The position numbers were made by a program, and so were the translations under genes. From Octopus sinensis (lineage: Eukaryota): 64,000 nucleotides of DNA. How positions within the stretch are numbered: position 1 is the first letter of the stretch; each line of letters begins with the position of its first letter. The DNA lies in assembly GCF_006345805.1 (NCBI RefSeq), contig NC_043022.1, positions 24,490,001 to 24,554,000 of the forward strand, given 5' to 3'. Shown piece after piece: positions 63,261-64,000 of this stretch. The notes beneath the pieces were generated by a model that ran no database searches, was not told where the DNA came from, and was given only the letters and a program-made list of their open reading frames with translations.

Positions 63261-63789
63261 TGCAGCAGAAAGCATTTCTAATTTTTTTGTCTGTTTATAT
63301 TTATTTGATAGAATCTTTAAGAGGTGGAAGAAGGGATGTATGATACGACGGGGCACATGCTAGGGGTATTATGTGAACAGTATCATGTAAGGCTTATTAT
63401 GGAGGTTTCATGAAGAAAAAGTCTATGTTTATATCACTAGGTATAAGTTGTGTACATTTTGCAGAGATTGGATTTCAGCTGCTTCCGAACAAGAGAAACA
63501 AGGAACTCGAGTAAAAAAGGGCTCAGTAACAATGATATATTTCTGACATAACATGAAAATGGTCTCCCCAACTCCCCTAAAAAAAACTGTTGAAATTCTG
63601 TCTTGGAAGTAATCCCTGCTAGAATTACTTGAATATCTAGTATTGTGCAGTAAAGCAAACCACAGATAGGCCCACTGAAGACAACTTCCTTGCTTCCTTA
63701 TGCTTCGCTACCAAAAATAAAATAGGTTTATTCATGGAACAATCTCCTTTACCAATATGAGGTGTGTGTGTGTGTGTGTGTGTGTTTCT

Positions 63790-64000
63790 TTTTTATTCTT
63801 TTACTTGTTTCAGTCATTTGACTGCGGCCATGCTGGAGCACCGCCTTTAATCAAGCAACTCGACCCCGGGACATATACTTTTGTAAGCCCAGTACTTATT
63901 CTATCGGTCTCTTTTGCCGAACCACTAAGTAACGGGGACATAAACACAGATACACAAACATATATATATATATACATATATACGACGGGCTTCTTTCAGT
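63790..64000 (-). mobile_element. Family A SINE 3' part, running off the window end
   Basis: ttttacttgtttcagtcatttgactgcggccatgctggagcaccgcc...gacgggcttctttcagt. Confidence 0.9.

Overview
Animal genomic DNA that looks like octopus (coleoid cephalopod) sequence; the taxon is inferred from its SINE and MITE families. It is AT-rich, dense in microsatellites and has no recognisable protein-coding gene. The supplied ORFs are translations of microsatellites or SINEs. Retroposon content: at least seven SINE-like families, labelled here A (tRNA head plus CORE-like block, about 23 copies or fragments), B/B2 (tRNA-Arg-like head), C, D (RTE-like 3' end), G, H and I. Other repeats: two TTAA-flanked piggyBac-like MITE families (E, F), a mariner end, a Penelope-like fragment, a tRNA-Lys(CTT) pseudogene and many 67-484 bp tandem duplications. 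Base skew and isolated splice motifs suggest the window lies inside long introns of a minus-strand gene, but no coding exon could be identified. Best leads: (1) a ~380 bp GC-rich retroposon inside a MITE whose 5' end folds like an HDV-type ribozyme (7477-7855); (2) a Penelope-type minimal hammerhead ribozyme with a triplicated flank nested in a SINE (60030-60360); (3) a pre-tRNA-Lys with trailer and terminator fused to a SINE tail (27176-27316); (4) a candidate recursive splice site on the minus strand (50555/50554); (5) SINE head/tail shuffling and close inverted SINE pairs that could form ADAR substrates. Repeat boundaries were placed by eye and may be off by several bases.
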